From contig NC_043009.1 in NCBI RefSeq assembly GCF_006345805.1, positions 68,510,001-68,574,000 of the forward strand: a DNA stretch of 64,000 bases, in the 5' to 3' direction. The position numbers were made by a program, and so were the translations under genes. This document shows, piece after piece, positions 13,450 to 25,887 of this stretch. Source of the stretch: Octopus sinensis. Lineage: Eukaryota. Numbering within the stretch: the stretch's first letter is position 1; every line of letters starts with the position of its first letter. The notes under the pieces are model-generated. The model had not been told where the DNA came from. It saw only the letters and a program-made list of their open reading frames with translations, and searched no databases.

Positions 13450-13459
13450 TAATAATTAT

Positions 13460-14050
13460 GATTTCAAATTTTGGCACAAGGTCATTAGCTTTGGAAGGAG
13501 GTCGTTAGTTGATTATATTGACCCTGGTGTTCAACAGGTACTTAGTTTACAACCCCAAATGGATGGATGGAATGCAAAGTTAACTTTGGTGGAATTTGAT
13601 CTCAGAACGTAAAGAGCTGGAAGAACTGTTTTGGATTTTGGCACAAGGCCAGCAATCTTAGGTGGGGGTGAGAGTAGTGGTCAAATACATCGACCCCCCT
13701 CCCCATCCAATACTTGACTGGTACTCTATTCTACTGACTCTGAAAGGATGAAAAGGCAAAGTCAACTTTGGTGAGAGTTGAATGAAGAACATAAAGAGTT
13801 GAATGAAGAAATTTCCCAAATTATTCACTCCACACACTAATAGTTCTTTCTGTTATAGACAGAAGGCCTGGAATTTTGTGGGAGAGAGCTAGTTGATTCC
13901 ATCAACCCCAATGCTCAACTGGTACTAATTCTATCAACCCACGAAAGGCTGCAAGGCAAATCTGACCGCAGCAGAATTTGAAATAGGAATGTAAAACTGA
14001 AATAAATGCTTCTAAGAATTTTGTCCAACATGCCTTGTTGTCTTCCAATG
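13460..14050 (-). mobile_element. Three tandem decayed Nin/Deu-like SINEs
   Basis: Same diagnostic blocks repeated three times. Confidence 0.8.
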
Positions 14051-15501
14051 CTAATAAGAAGATTTTTTTTATATGGAATATAACATTTGCTAAATGTGGC
14101 AATGTGAAAGTCCGGACAGCAGAGCCAGGAAGGAATAAAAGAAGAAATCCTAACTTCACTCGTATCAAAATACATTGACTGTTGAAATTGATTTTTTGAT
14201 CATTAAGTAGAAAACTCAAAGTGTTCAACTACATCACAAACTACACAATCGTAGTTACCAGTCCGAATGTTGACACTTCTACTGTAAAACATACTACATA
14301 CGTACTATCATTTATAGTCAAGTGCCCCAAGTCTCAAAACTATTTTACATTTTCAACAAATTAAATCTTCTTAACAATTCAACTATTTTGCTAGCTTTAG
14401 CCATTGGACTGTAGACACATTAGGACCCTATATTCATTTGTTCTTAATTGGAAAATTCCAGATAGAATTTAATACAAATCTTCCTTCGGGTACAGGAGGC
14501 AAAATGCATAAGAGCAGTCATGACAATAAACATGACAAGAATTTTCTTAGCAAAAGTGAGGATTGGAAAATGATTTTGTAAACGAACCTGGTTTTTCGAT
14601 GAACAATGCATTATAAAATTAACATAATTACAAGGACTTTCCCATTATCCGTATCCACAATGTAATTAAACCAATATCCTCATTTTATCCACAGCAATCA
14701 CACTGACTTAATATCGTTACATCATTATTGTTCTCATCTCCACTCAAAATGATGATGATGTAATTGATATTCAGTTGATATTGTTTCAGTGAAGAAGAAA
14801 GTGAGGATATATCAGTTTAATTACAGTGTGAAGAGTGATAATAGGGAAGTTCTTGTAATTATGCTAATTGTCATAATGAATCGTTCATATGTTCCTAGAA
14901 CAACCAGGTTCGTGTTTAAAATAATTTTCCAATACACGTGCACACACTGTCACAGACATGGAGATTCACATACAGGACTTTAAGTTTCAGTGCCAACAAT
15001 CTGACGATCGCTGCACATCTTCAGCCATGCAAATCCAGTGTGTGTGTGTGTGTGTGTGTGTGTGGCACCCTTGATTGCAAAAAAGTTGTGTTCATGCCCA
15101 TAACTTGGTGGTTTGGCATAAGAGGCTTTAAGTACCAGACTTAAAGACAAAAAGTATTGGGGTTGATTCATCCAACTAAAAGCCTTCAAAGTGATGCCCA
15201 AGCATGGCCACAGTCTAATGACTCAAACAAGTAAATGAGATATGCACACACATATATGTTGACATAAATGCATGTACATGTGTATAAGTACATGAATAAG
15301 TGTATGTGAACACAGGCATACATTTTCTCTCTTCGTCTTTTTCATTCTCTCTCTATTTTTTCCCTCTTATTCCTTTCTGCCGAAGAGCATAGGCTTGAAA
15401 TGTAAAAAGGTTTTTCTATTTTTCCCAAGCAATAAACTATTACACCTGCTTGTTGTTCCTGCATTTGTCTTTATCTTTTGATTCTCTATAAATCTGAACT
15501 A

Positions 15502-15534
<33 letters not shown>

Positions 15535-15790
15535 CGCGGTTTCGATTCCCAGACCAGGCATTGTGAGTGTTTATTGAGCGAAAACACCTAAAGCTCCACA
15601 AGGCTCCAGCAGGGGGTGGTGGCGATCCCTGCTGTACTCTTTCGCCACTTTCTCTCACTCTTTCTTCTGTTGGCCTGCTCGCTTAGCCAGTGGGGTGGCG
15701 TCATTTGAAGGCTAAAACAATGCGAAGCACATTGTGACCAGCGATGTGTAGCAACATCTGATAGCCTGGTCGGTCACGGTGATCACGGTG

Positions 15791-15838
<48 letters not shown>

Positions 15839-16243
15839 CATATACATACATATATACCTACATTACTGAGATGCCAACAGTGTTTAGTTTTCAAATGAAA
15901 GATTACTATGGAATATACCCAGAGACCTTAGCCATTAACTGCATTCATATCAAGTGAAAATCATCAAGGCCATGATGTAAATGCTAATATTTTTGTGTCC
16001 TTCAACATAACTGACCCACAGAGAGAGATGGGGTAGGCAATAAAAAACCTTAGTATTCAACTAGCATTTTGTCTGTGTGCATGTGTGAGTAAATAAAAGG
16101 GACATGATATGGAAACAATTAAGGTAGGAATATAAATGAACATAGGAAACCTCTCATCAGCCATGGAATCAAAAATCAATGTAATTTTGGAAGTCTTAAT
16201 CCCTAGAAATTGTATATATATATATATATATTATATATATATA

Positions 16244-16474
16244 TATTACAATGAGAAAATAGAGAAATAATTAATAAATTATTATTTATTAATTAAAAAA
16301 CTGACAAACATCTCTTACAGCTGTTTCAATTCCAGACCACAAGATTCGACTTTCAAATAATTTTAAATTTTATTAATTTTCTGAAGGTCCAAAATTGAAA
16401 CAGCTGTAGGAGATGTTTGTCAATTTTTTAATTAACGAATAACAATTTTCTTATTTCTTATTTTACTGCAATAT
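16244..16474. repeat. Inverted repeat in (TA)n with decayed hammerhead remnants
   Basis: Arms at about 16244-16331 and 16393-16474; right arm reads CTGAAGG..GAAAC-AGCT-GTA. Confidence 0.7.
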
Positions 16475-16917
16475 ATATATATATATATATATAAACCATA
16501 TAAACCACAGTTTAAACTTACAGTTGAATATTAATTGTAATGTTCAACATTCTTTGTATAGGTAACTAACCAGTACTTTCATAGGAGTTTGCTATCCATC
16601 AATGAGGATTGTAACCTATATATATATATATATATATAAACGCTAGGGGAGAAAGCAATCCTGGCCAACCCCAATAATGTAATGAATTTGACTCTGCTCA
16701 ATGTATTCAGTCAGTCTTTGCATTAGTAAATGTTTTTACAACTTTATCACTTGACAACCCCAAGAATTAACACAGCAGAAACAAACTAGAGGATTTTCTT
16801 TTTTTTAATGCATGCAAATTACTAATTCTTCTACCTTGGACAGTGTGATGGTTTGAGAAAGAAAATATTAATAACGGTTGGTAATTATATATACAAATCC
16901 TAAACTACTTTACTTAC

Positions 16918-16926
16918 CACTGGTAT
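16918..16926 (-). CDS. BLTP1: Candidate 9-nt microexon (DTS), phase 1-1
   Basis: TAATTTTTCTATTTCAG|ATACCAGTG|GTAAGT; frame-preserving; TGCATG about 100 nt downstream. Confidence 0.5.
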
Positions 16927-17086
16927 CTGAAATAGAAAAATTATTTAGTTTTAAATAACTCTGATAATTCTTGTGAAGTTTTAGTTGTCATACAATAGAT
17001 GTATTCCTGACTTGTAATACTGATATTATAAATATGCTCTCAGGAAACTACCAAATCTGTTCTGCTATAACTCCTTCCTTATTTAA

Positions 17087-17285
17087 CCCTTTTGCATTCG
17101 AATTATTCTGTCAAATGTAAAACTTCTTCATTCCTCAATTAATCATGAATTATCTCATAGCTCTGAGATTTCGATGATGTAATTGTTTAATTTTAGAATG
17201 ACATTGTAGATTAGGTGTGAGAGGCCAAATTTGGCTAGCTTTAGAATATTTAAGGCCAATATGGACCGTTTCAATGCTAAAAAGG
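17087..17285. mobile_element. piggyBac-type MITE (related copies at about 27718-28245, 36800-36965, 63130-63220)
   Basis: TTAA on both sides; termini CCCTTTTGCATT..AATGCTAAAAAGG; shared internal sequence among copies. Confidence 0.75.
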
Positions 17286-17773
17286 TTAAATCAAAGAAGA
17301 TCCATGAAGGAGGTCAATGAATAGGTGGTGTTCCTATTAGAAGTACTTTTCTCTCACAAAAGGAATTGCAGTTCAACACTGTAACTAACAGATCACTCAT
17401 CGATCCAGGTTGCATCTCACTACTTGGTGAAACAGTGAGCTATAGGACTCATCATACCTTATTAAGGCCAGGCAAACTTAACCATTACATGTCCATAAGT
17501 GTCTTGCTTTCAGAATGCGTATCTTGTCCATAACTGGATACAGTTGAAAACTTCTCAGCTAGCTGACCAGTACCATAAATGCAGCAGTTGCTGCTGCTGT
17601 TCTCACTCACATGTAAACTAAATGTAAACTTTTAAACACAATTTAATACAATTTTCTAAATATCTGAAAACAATCCCCAACTCTAGAGAGATGTTTTCAC
17701 TATTTTCAGTCTTGAGCAGTATATACACACACATACACAGATAGATATTTACATAGAAACACACACATCTATA

Positions 17774-17807
<34 letters not shown>

Positions 17808-17879
17808 TAGGTAGTCACAAAACAGTCTCATTATTACTACTGAAGTGATAGATCAAACTGCCATAGAAAAAACGCTTTT

Positions 17880-18330
17880 ACAGAGATGAAGGGACTTGCT
17901 TAAGGCTAAATGATACACATGTTGTGGTCTACATAGAACAATCGATATAGGTGCACCATTCCTCTTACAGCAATGGAAGTGCAGTTGAAAGGGTAGAGAA
18001 TTACAAATTTACTGGTTCTCACATCAAAGGGAACGATTCATGACCCAACAGCATTACATCAGTAACAATCTTTAGGATGAAAGAACAGTCTGATCTGTTT
18101 TTCTAAGAGCTGTTCAAGAGGTGAGAAGGAAATGGCTATGAACTTACCAAGCTCTCCTCCGATATTCATGCAACTTAGTTTCAATGCAAGTATTGTCTGG
18201 ATGCCTGCAACTGAATGAACTCAACTAAAGGCCCTCCAGGGGCCGGATAGTCTTCAATGTTTGCAGCAAGCAAAGAAACTTACTGGAAATATTACAGGAC
18301 TTCACTTTCTATAAGACCTACATTATTTGC
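17880..18330 (+). mobile_element. Old Rex1/Babar-like LINE fragment
   Basis: NDTHVVVYI (cf. ADDTTVVGLI), NGSAVERVENYKFTGSHIKGNDS*PNSITSV (cf. NGSAVERVSSFKFLGVHISEDLSW), LKALQ. Confidence 0.6.
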
Positions 18331-18822
18331 AGAGAACTCTCAAAATGATCAGACATTACACAAACCAAACTGTGGCCAGAGAAGTTCTACATTGAAAAAA
18401 GAGCAAATATTTTTGTAATGTGTTGCTTTGGGATTTACAACACAATATGAACATCCTGAAATACAACAATATATATATGTATATATATATATTAATGTTT
18501 GTTTTTATGTTCAGTTATAATGGTTTCAAATTTTGGCACAAGGCCAGCAATTTCAGGGGAGCATGTTGGTCGATTGCATTGACCCCAGTGATCAACTGGT
18601 ACTGATTTTATCAACCCTGAAAGGATGAAAGGCAAAGTCAGCCTCAGCAGAATTTGAACTCCGAATATAAAGACACATAAATTGTCACTAAGCATTTGGC
18701 CCAGGGTGCTAACCACTCTGCTGCCAAACAACAATGTGTTCAGTTATAATAAAACCAATTTTTACATTAATCCAAAGGCTTATTCTGTACTTTTGTAGAG
18801 TACAAATTTATTATTCTCAAAA

Positions 18823-18911
18823 GTTGACAGTGACTTCGAAATTTTGGCCAGCTAAGCCACCACAGGATTGATGATGGCTTAATTGGCCAAAACTTCAAAG
18901 TCACTGTCAAC
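18823..18911. repeat. Short foldback with decayed hammerhead remnants
   Basis: gttgacagtgacttcgaaattttggcc / ggccaaaacttcaaagtcactgtcaac; right arm reads TTGATGA-TGGC..GCC-AAAAC-TTCAAA-GTC. Confidence 0.7.
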
Positions 18912-20940
18912 AACATTCTTCTTTAACATATATATATATATACACACACACATATATAATTTAATATCATCTGGATAATAACCATATAGCATGCTTTCCA
19001 AAGCTCCTCCACAGATATCGGCTATCAAATGCTATCATACAGCAAGAATTCTCCTTTTACTGGATACACATGGGGACAATCCATTAATATCAACAGAATT
19101 CATACAAGATAATTTTAATACAAGAAAATGGAATGAACAGGCTATTTAATCTAAGTCAATACAATTGTCTCTGTGCATTAGTAATTAGCTGGTAATTGGT
19201 GAGTGCTTCACATATTACACACACTATTGCACTAATGTGAACCAACAATAACTGTGTAACGGCCAGTCTTGAAGCAGGTACACAGATCAGGTTCAAGACA
19301 CTGCTCTCTCTTATTTATATATATCATCATCATCATCATTTAACGTCCGCTTCCCATGCTAGCATGGGTTGGACGATTTGACTGAGGCCTGGCGAACCAG
19401 ATGGCTGCACTAGGCCCCAATCTTGATCTGGCAGAGTTTCTACAGCTGGATGCCCTTCCTAATGGAAACCTAGTAATTGATTTATATTTACTTATTACCG
19501 TTGTTATTGTTTCTGATTCTTCAACTTAAAAGACAGCCTCAATGCATTTGATAATAAATGAGACTAATCAACTCTAATGAATTTTAATTTAGCTGAATAA
19601 AAGCAGAGGGAGTAGACACAACACTGTCATTCTGTGGGGAAATTTAAATCCCCAAATTCACAAGCAAAGATGGTCCAGCATTATTTCTATTACTGTTTCA
19701 ATATCATTGCTGCTGTTATGTGTTTCTATATCAGCCTTGGACTTTTGTAATATTTCATTATAACAGGCTGGTTCCGCATAAAAAGCACCTTATAGGCCTT
19801 GTGAAGTGGTTGGTGATAGGAAGGGCACCCAGTCACAGAAACCATGCCAAATTAAGACTGGAACCTTCAGCTTCTTGCCAGATCTGGTCAAACTGTCCAA
19901 CCCATGCCAGCATGGAAAACAGACATTAAATGATGATGATGCTGATATAAATTCTAACTTAAATTATCCTACAAATCAAACAAAACAAGAAAGAAAAAAA
20001 AACAAAGGTAAAAGAAATAGAAAAATAAAAGCAGGATCTAATCCACTTAGAGCACTTTCTTGTATTTGAGGTTAAGTCAACCAGATGCAACTCAACACTT
20101 TTAGATGGGCCTAAAAGCTAACAGCCATCAATTAGCAGTGCTCCAACTGTTGACATCTATAAATTTTCCATTCACAGACGGAGTACAAAACAAAATTGAC
20201 TCACCAATAATACATCATCCAATACACTAGAAGCAACTGCATACCACCACCACCCCACCTCTCTCTCTCTCTCTCTCTCACTCAACAGCTTCATTAATCA
20301 GTTAATTAATAAAAAGAATCTTACATCACACACACACACACTTGCTTTGAAGGGAAACATTAATGATGCAAGTTGATTAGCTCTATTATCATTCACTGAA
20401 CAAACATAATAAAGAGGAGAGAGTTATTTCAGTAAAGTTTCAAGATAAGTCAGTATTGATATATTTACAAAGATGTTATGGACTATTTACGTTGTCAGTC
20501 ATGGTTTTTGTATAACACAATGTTTCATGGCAAAACAGTTGCTTTGAATGGATAAAAGGAAGAGAGGATTTAATTAAGAAGAGAACAACATTATCTATAT
20601 AGATAATCGGGTTGGGATGGCAGTGATTGTTGCTATTTATTCACAAGACAGCCTTGAATAAGCAGCCCTACGATCAAAGGCATTCCAACTATGACCATCC
20701 TGTTTTTATGATGTACATGGAACTACATTGCCCAATGTGTTTGTCCCTCTTTTGAGACTTGGGTGGTATTTCTAACAGACCAATCACCCACAGAGCAGCT
20801 CTCACATCAGTAGTCTTTAATATTTCTCTTAGATATGGCAACAGGTACAGGAGGGACCGTAGGCTTAAGGAATTTGCTTCCCAACCACACGGTCCCATTG
20901 TATGGTGATAGGTACAAGTATGGCTATGGAGTTAAGGAGT

Positions 20941-21633
20941 TTCTACTATAGGCAGAATGCCTGAATTTTGGTGGGGCGGGAAAGTCAATTACATCGACTC
21001 CAGTGTTTCCCTGGTACTTATTTAATCAACCCTGAAAGGATGAAAGGCAAAGTCAACCTCAGTGGAATTTGAACTCAGAACGTCAAGATGGATACAATGT
21101 CACTAAGTGTTTCATCCAGCGTGCTAATGATTCTGCCAGCTCGCCACCTTGATAATAATAATAATAATAATAATAATAATATAATAATAATAATTATAAA
21201 AATAGATAATAATAATAATAAATAATGGTTTTGAATTTTGGCACAAGGCCAGCAATTTTGGAGAAGAGGGATGAGTCAAATACATCGACCCCAGTCCTCA
21301 ACTGAAAGGCAATGTCAAACTCAGTGGAATTTGAACTTAGAATTTAAGGATGGAAAAAATGCCACTGAACATTTTGCCCAGCAACATAACAATTCTGCCT
21401 TCTCGCCACCTTAATAATAATCTTTTCTACTCTAGACACAAGGCCTGAAATTTGCGGGGAGGGAGCCAGTCAATTATATCAACCTCCGTGCACAACTGGT
21501 ACTTAATTTATTGTCTCCAAAAGGATGAAAGGCAAATTCAACCTCGGTGGAATTTGAACTCAGAACATAAAAACAGATGAAATACCTCTAAGCATTTCGC
21601 CTGGTGTGCTAATGATTCTGCCAGCTCACTGCC

Positions 21634-21680
<47 letters not shown>
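20941..21680 (-). mobile_element. Three tandem Nin/Deu-like SINEs separated by (AAT)n
   Basis: Repeated CACAAGGCC..GAAAGGCAA..GGAATTTGAACT..CTGCCAGCTC blocks. Confidence 0.85.
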
Positions 21681-21937
21681 TGTTACTAACATAACAAGTT
21701 TCTAACATGTAAAGGAGGATTATAATAAGGCTAAGTAACTATGATTTTATACAACCAGCAACTCATTGTTCTGGGGTCACATTCAATGAAGACATTTCAC
21801 AATGGTCATTTAACACCACACTCCTTAATATCCTACTCACCTGGAAATTATGGGTGTTGTTTCCCATTTGGCACTCTCATTGCAGGTTTGTGAAATTTAA
21901 GGGAATGTGTGCAGGTGTGTGTATGTGCATATGTGTG

Positions 21938-21974
<37 letters not shown>

Positions 21975-22177
21975 TTACAGTTGCAGTATAGGCAGGATCA
22001 GCAAAAAACATACTCCATCCAGTGAGAGAAGCATAATTTAATATACACAATTACAAAAAAAGCAGGAATAGTTTCATGCTTTAAGATACATTAAATTGGC
22101 AGATTTATATAACATGCCATATACTTCCAATTTAATGTAACTATTAATAGCTCTTTTGTAATAATGTATATTGAATC

Positions 22178-22221
<44 letters not shown>

Positions 22222-22245
22222 TAAATACTTGTTGAGGAAGAGAGG

Positions 22246-22307
<62 letters not shown>

Positions 22308-22558
22308 ATGTGCTTGTGCATAAAACAAACATATAAAGGAAATTTTGAAAAGTGGACTTAAAATTTGTTCACCAGGAACTTTCTTAAAGATTCAAAGACT
22401 TATTCTGTAATATTACTGCTAATTAGTAACACAGGAAGCTACTAGTAATGATGTGGATTTTTTTTTTTTTTTTTTTATGCTGGTGAGCTGATAGAGGAAG
22501 TGAATAAAGAGCTTGTGGAAGGAGGAGATAGCTAAAAGAATTTTAGTAATTAAGTTAC

Positions 22559-22588
22559 CAAAATTAATCGATCTTCTCCGATAATACA
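22559..22588 (-). CDS. BLTP1: Candidate 30-nt cassette exon (VYYRRRSINF), phase 1-1
   Basis: CTTTATATTCTTTTCAG| acceptor, TTG|GTAACT donor, frame-preserving and stop-free; no homology support. Confidence 0.5.
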
Positions 22589-23759
22589 CTGAAAAGAATA
22601 TAAAGACAGGTTTCCATGTGATATAAATATACTGATACCAACTTGCCACAATTTATGATTATTACTGTAATTTTGGTTTAATGGTTTTGTGTTTAGGAAG
22701 ATAATTGTAATCTTCTCAAACTTGAACCCTAAAACCAAAATACTGCTTAATAAAAGTGTAATAAGTTAAAATATATTGAAAATTGTTGTAAAAGAGTAAT
22801 TTACTGAATAGGTAAATAGATTTAACAAAGAGATTTGACGGTGAGAAACAATCTTGAGAAACAACCAATCAGGCTAAACAAAAACAGACAATGAGAGCAT
22901 GTTTCCTCTCTAATTTTGGATTTCAAGTCAAAATTCTTCTATAGTTGAGGTTATATCTTTACACGTTTATTAACATAATTTATGTTAATTTATCTGTGCA
23001 ATGCAATAATTGATATAAAAAGGCAATTGTTTCCCAAAGGGTGAAATATTTGGAAACATACTTATAATCAAATACAACATTTCCCAGTGGATGCATGCAT
23101 ATCAAAATCAAGAACACATGCATGCACACGCACGCACGCACACACACACACACTAACACACGCACGCACACACACACGCACACATAAACCTAAGGCAGTG
23201 TGTGTGCACACATTCATGGAAAACTGAGCAACATCATTCACAGAAGCAAAAAACTAAATTTGCAGTTAAAAAGTCATAAGAAAAAACAAAAATGAATAAA
23301 AAGGCATCTAATATAATGGTCAATTTCTAAAAAAGTCTCCTGTTAGGAGATACAAAATGAAAGCTGCAGAAGTAAGCAAAAGTGTAGAGCAGGATGGGGG
23401 TATGTGTGGGTTGCTGTGTGTGTGTGTGTGTCACATAGATAGATATGTCTCCCAATGTAAAGCTTCAGTAAATTCTCACCAGAAGGTATAACTACAATAT
23501 TTTTGCAGCCGACATTAGAAATGGCTTCTTCCGCATCTTTGTACTTTGTTACGTATTTTCATACAAATCTAATTGTCAGTCCTACATCACAAGATGGTTT
23601 ATTCAGGATCCACAGCTACCATCATTCAGTATGAAAAAACCAACAACAACAACAACACAAGACTTGTTTTATTTATATTTCCTGAGCGCCATACTAATAC
23701 AATTGTTCGTTTGTTTTCCACCTGCCTTCGTCTTTTGTTTATTTTCATAAAGCTTCCCG

Positions 23760-23801
<42 letters not shown>

Positions 23802-24686
23802 ACACACATACCTGTGTGTATGTGTGTACACATACACATATATACAAACATATACATGTATATACATACACACAACACACACACACACACACATGTGGGT
23901 GTGTATAAATATTCACATGCATGTTTATATGTAGAAGCATAGTTCTGCAAAGACACACATCATCCTCATCACCATTTAACATCCATCTTCCATAATGCTG
24001 GCATGGTTTCACAGGGAAACCAGTGAGCTGCAGAGAGCTCCAGTGTCATCCTTGGCATGGCTTCTATGGCTGGATGCCTTTCCTAACTCACAACCAGTTT
24101 ACAGAATGCTCTGGGTACTTTTTGCATGCCACCAGTGTCCAGTGAGGTTGCCGTGTACCTTGCACGACAGAGGGACAGAGAAAAAGGAGGAAGCTGCCGG
24201 GACTAAGAGGAAGTATTTGGGAGGGGGAAGACGGAGGTGGGTGGTTGTGTGCCAGGAGTTGAAAGGTCAAAGTACAACAGAGGGACAAGCAGAGGTGCCT
24301 TGCTAGACAAGGGATTCATGGGTGACGGAGATAAGAAAAAGGTAGTGATGGGTGCTGGAGCAAAGCCTCAAGGAACGAGAAAGTGAGGATGGGATGGTGA
24401 GTTGTGGGAGGGGGGGATGAGAGAGTGGATGCTTCGAGGATAATGTAGTGAATGTTGGACAAGGGAGGTGGGTGGGGTGATGGAAAATATTAGGTAGAGG
24501 GGTAAGGCGGGAGATATAGGAGTGGGGGCAGGAAGGAGAACAGAACAGAAAATAGTAGAATGGTGTGCAAGGTGTAGGAGCTATGGAGAGGGAGATATAG
24601 GGGTAAATAAGGAGAAATAGGAGGTGGGTCATGATGGTGGATATGGGAGGGCATCAAGGATGATTGCAGATAAGAGAGGTGTTAAG

Positions 24687-24719
<33 letters not shown>

Positions 24720-25312
24720 CAGTGGGTGAAGTCACAGAAAGGAGGTGATTGGTTGGAATAGTGTGGGCATGGATGATAAGGAATGGGAGTAGTTCTGGGG
24801 AAAAGGGATCGATTGGGAGGGGAGGTAATATGTGCAATTCTGCTCTCAGGTGAGTACAGTGGTTGCTTGGTACCATAAATGGGGGAGGGATGAGAATAGG
24901 GGGGGGGCAAAGCCTTGATTGTCAGGGAGAAGGGAAAGTGGAGAGGTGCCAGGCCTCGCATGCACAACATATATGTTACACACACACACAGATACACACA
25001 GATACACACACACAGATACACATGTCTGCAAGAGGTTTATCTTTACAGAGCACAAAGAGTTTCTACAGTTCTCATTCTATGGAAAACAAGAAACAAAATA
25101 AAGAAAAGTTTCTAGTAACAAAGCTAAGAATGGTGAGAGAATATTCATTAAAAAAAAACTGTGTTTGTTGCGTAGATATGCATGTGTGTGTGAGTGTGTG
25201 TGTGTGTGTGTGTATTGAAGGAAGCAAAAAGAAAAGACTATAAAAAATGAAATGGGAAAAAAGGAATAAAAAAAAAAAGAGACTGTAGTAAAACAATGGA
25301 AAGCATACTGAC

Positions 25313-25462
25313 CTTCATCTGATGCCGCTTGTGCAACGCTCTCATCACCAAGGAACATCCGTCGAGCTAGATTACGACGATACCAAGCTTTCGGGAAGGA
25401 GAGAATTTCAGAAAGTCGGCGCATGTCATATTTGAAAGACGCGGAGCCGATATCACATATTG
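25313..25462 (-). CDS. BLTP1: BLTP1 exon (AICDIGSASFKYDMRRLSEILSFPKAWYRRNLARRMFLGDESVAQAASDE), phase 1-1
   Basis: TTACATAG| and AAG|GTCAGT; near identical to human AVCDIGSASFKYDMRRLSEILAFPRAWYRR. Confidence 0.97.
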
Positions 25463-25805
25463 CTATGTAATGGAAGAAAGAAAGGAAATTTGTTGAAACA
25501 GGCGAGAATCAGAATTCTAAGAATAATGGTATCACATAGAAGTAGAAAGAATTCAAAAGAAGGGACATACTGTCCCTTTCACCCTCACATCACCACCACC
25601 ACCACCACCCTTGTGTTAGGATCAGTGTGATTGTAACCTTAATTCTGAACTTCACCAAAAATAAGTGAGAATACAAGAGTCAAGTAATAATCGTAAGAGA
25701 TAACAAATAAAGTCCAATAGAAATTATAAAAATACTTTTTCTACCAGTTATCTCCAGTTATCACTTGTAAACTTACAATCAGTTAACTTACTGCTAACAT
25801 ATATG

Positions 25806-25887
25806 GGCATATGGCGTAGTGGTTAAGAGCACAGGCTACTAACCCCAAGATTCCAAGTTCGATTCCAGTAAGAGACCTGAATAATAA
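25806..25887 (+). mobile_element. tRNA-like SINE head (not a tRNA gene)
   Basis: TGGCGTAGTGG A box and GTTCGATTCC B box, but no closing acceptor stem; ends in AATAATAA. Confidence 0.65.

Noticed and set aside
20941-21680. Regular repeat-spacer appearance (CRISPR-like)
   Set aside because: These are tandem SINEs separated by (AAT)n in a eukaryotic intron.
25806-25880. Possible tRNA gene
   Set aside because: A and B boxes are present, but there is no acceptor stem or full cloverleaf; it is a SINE head.
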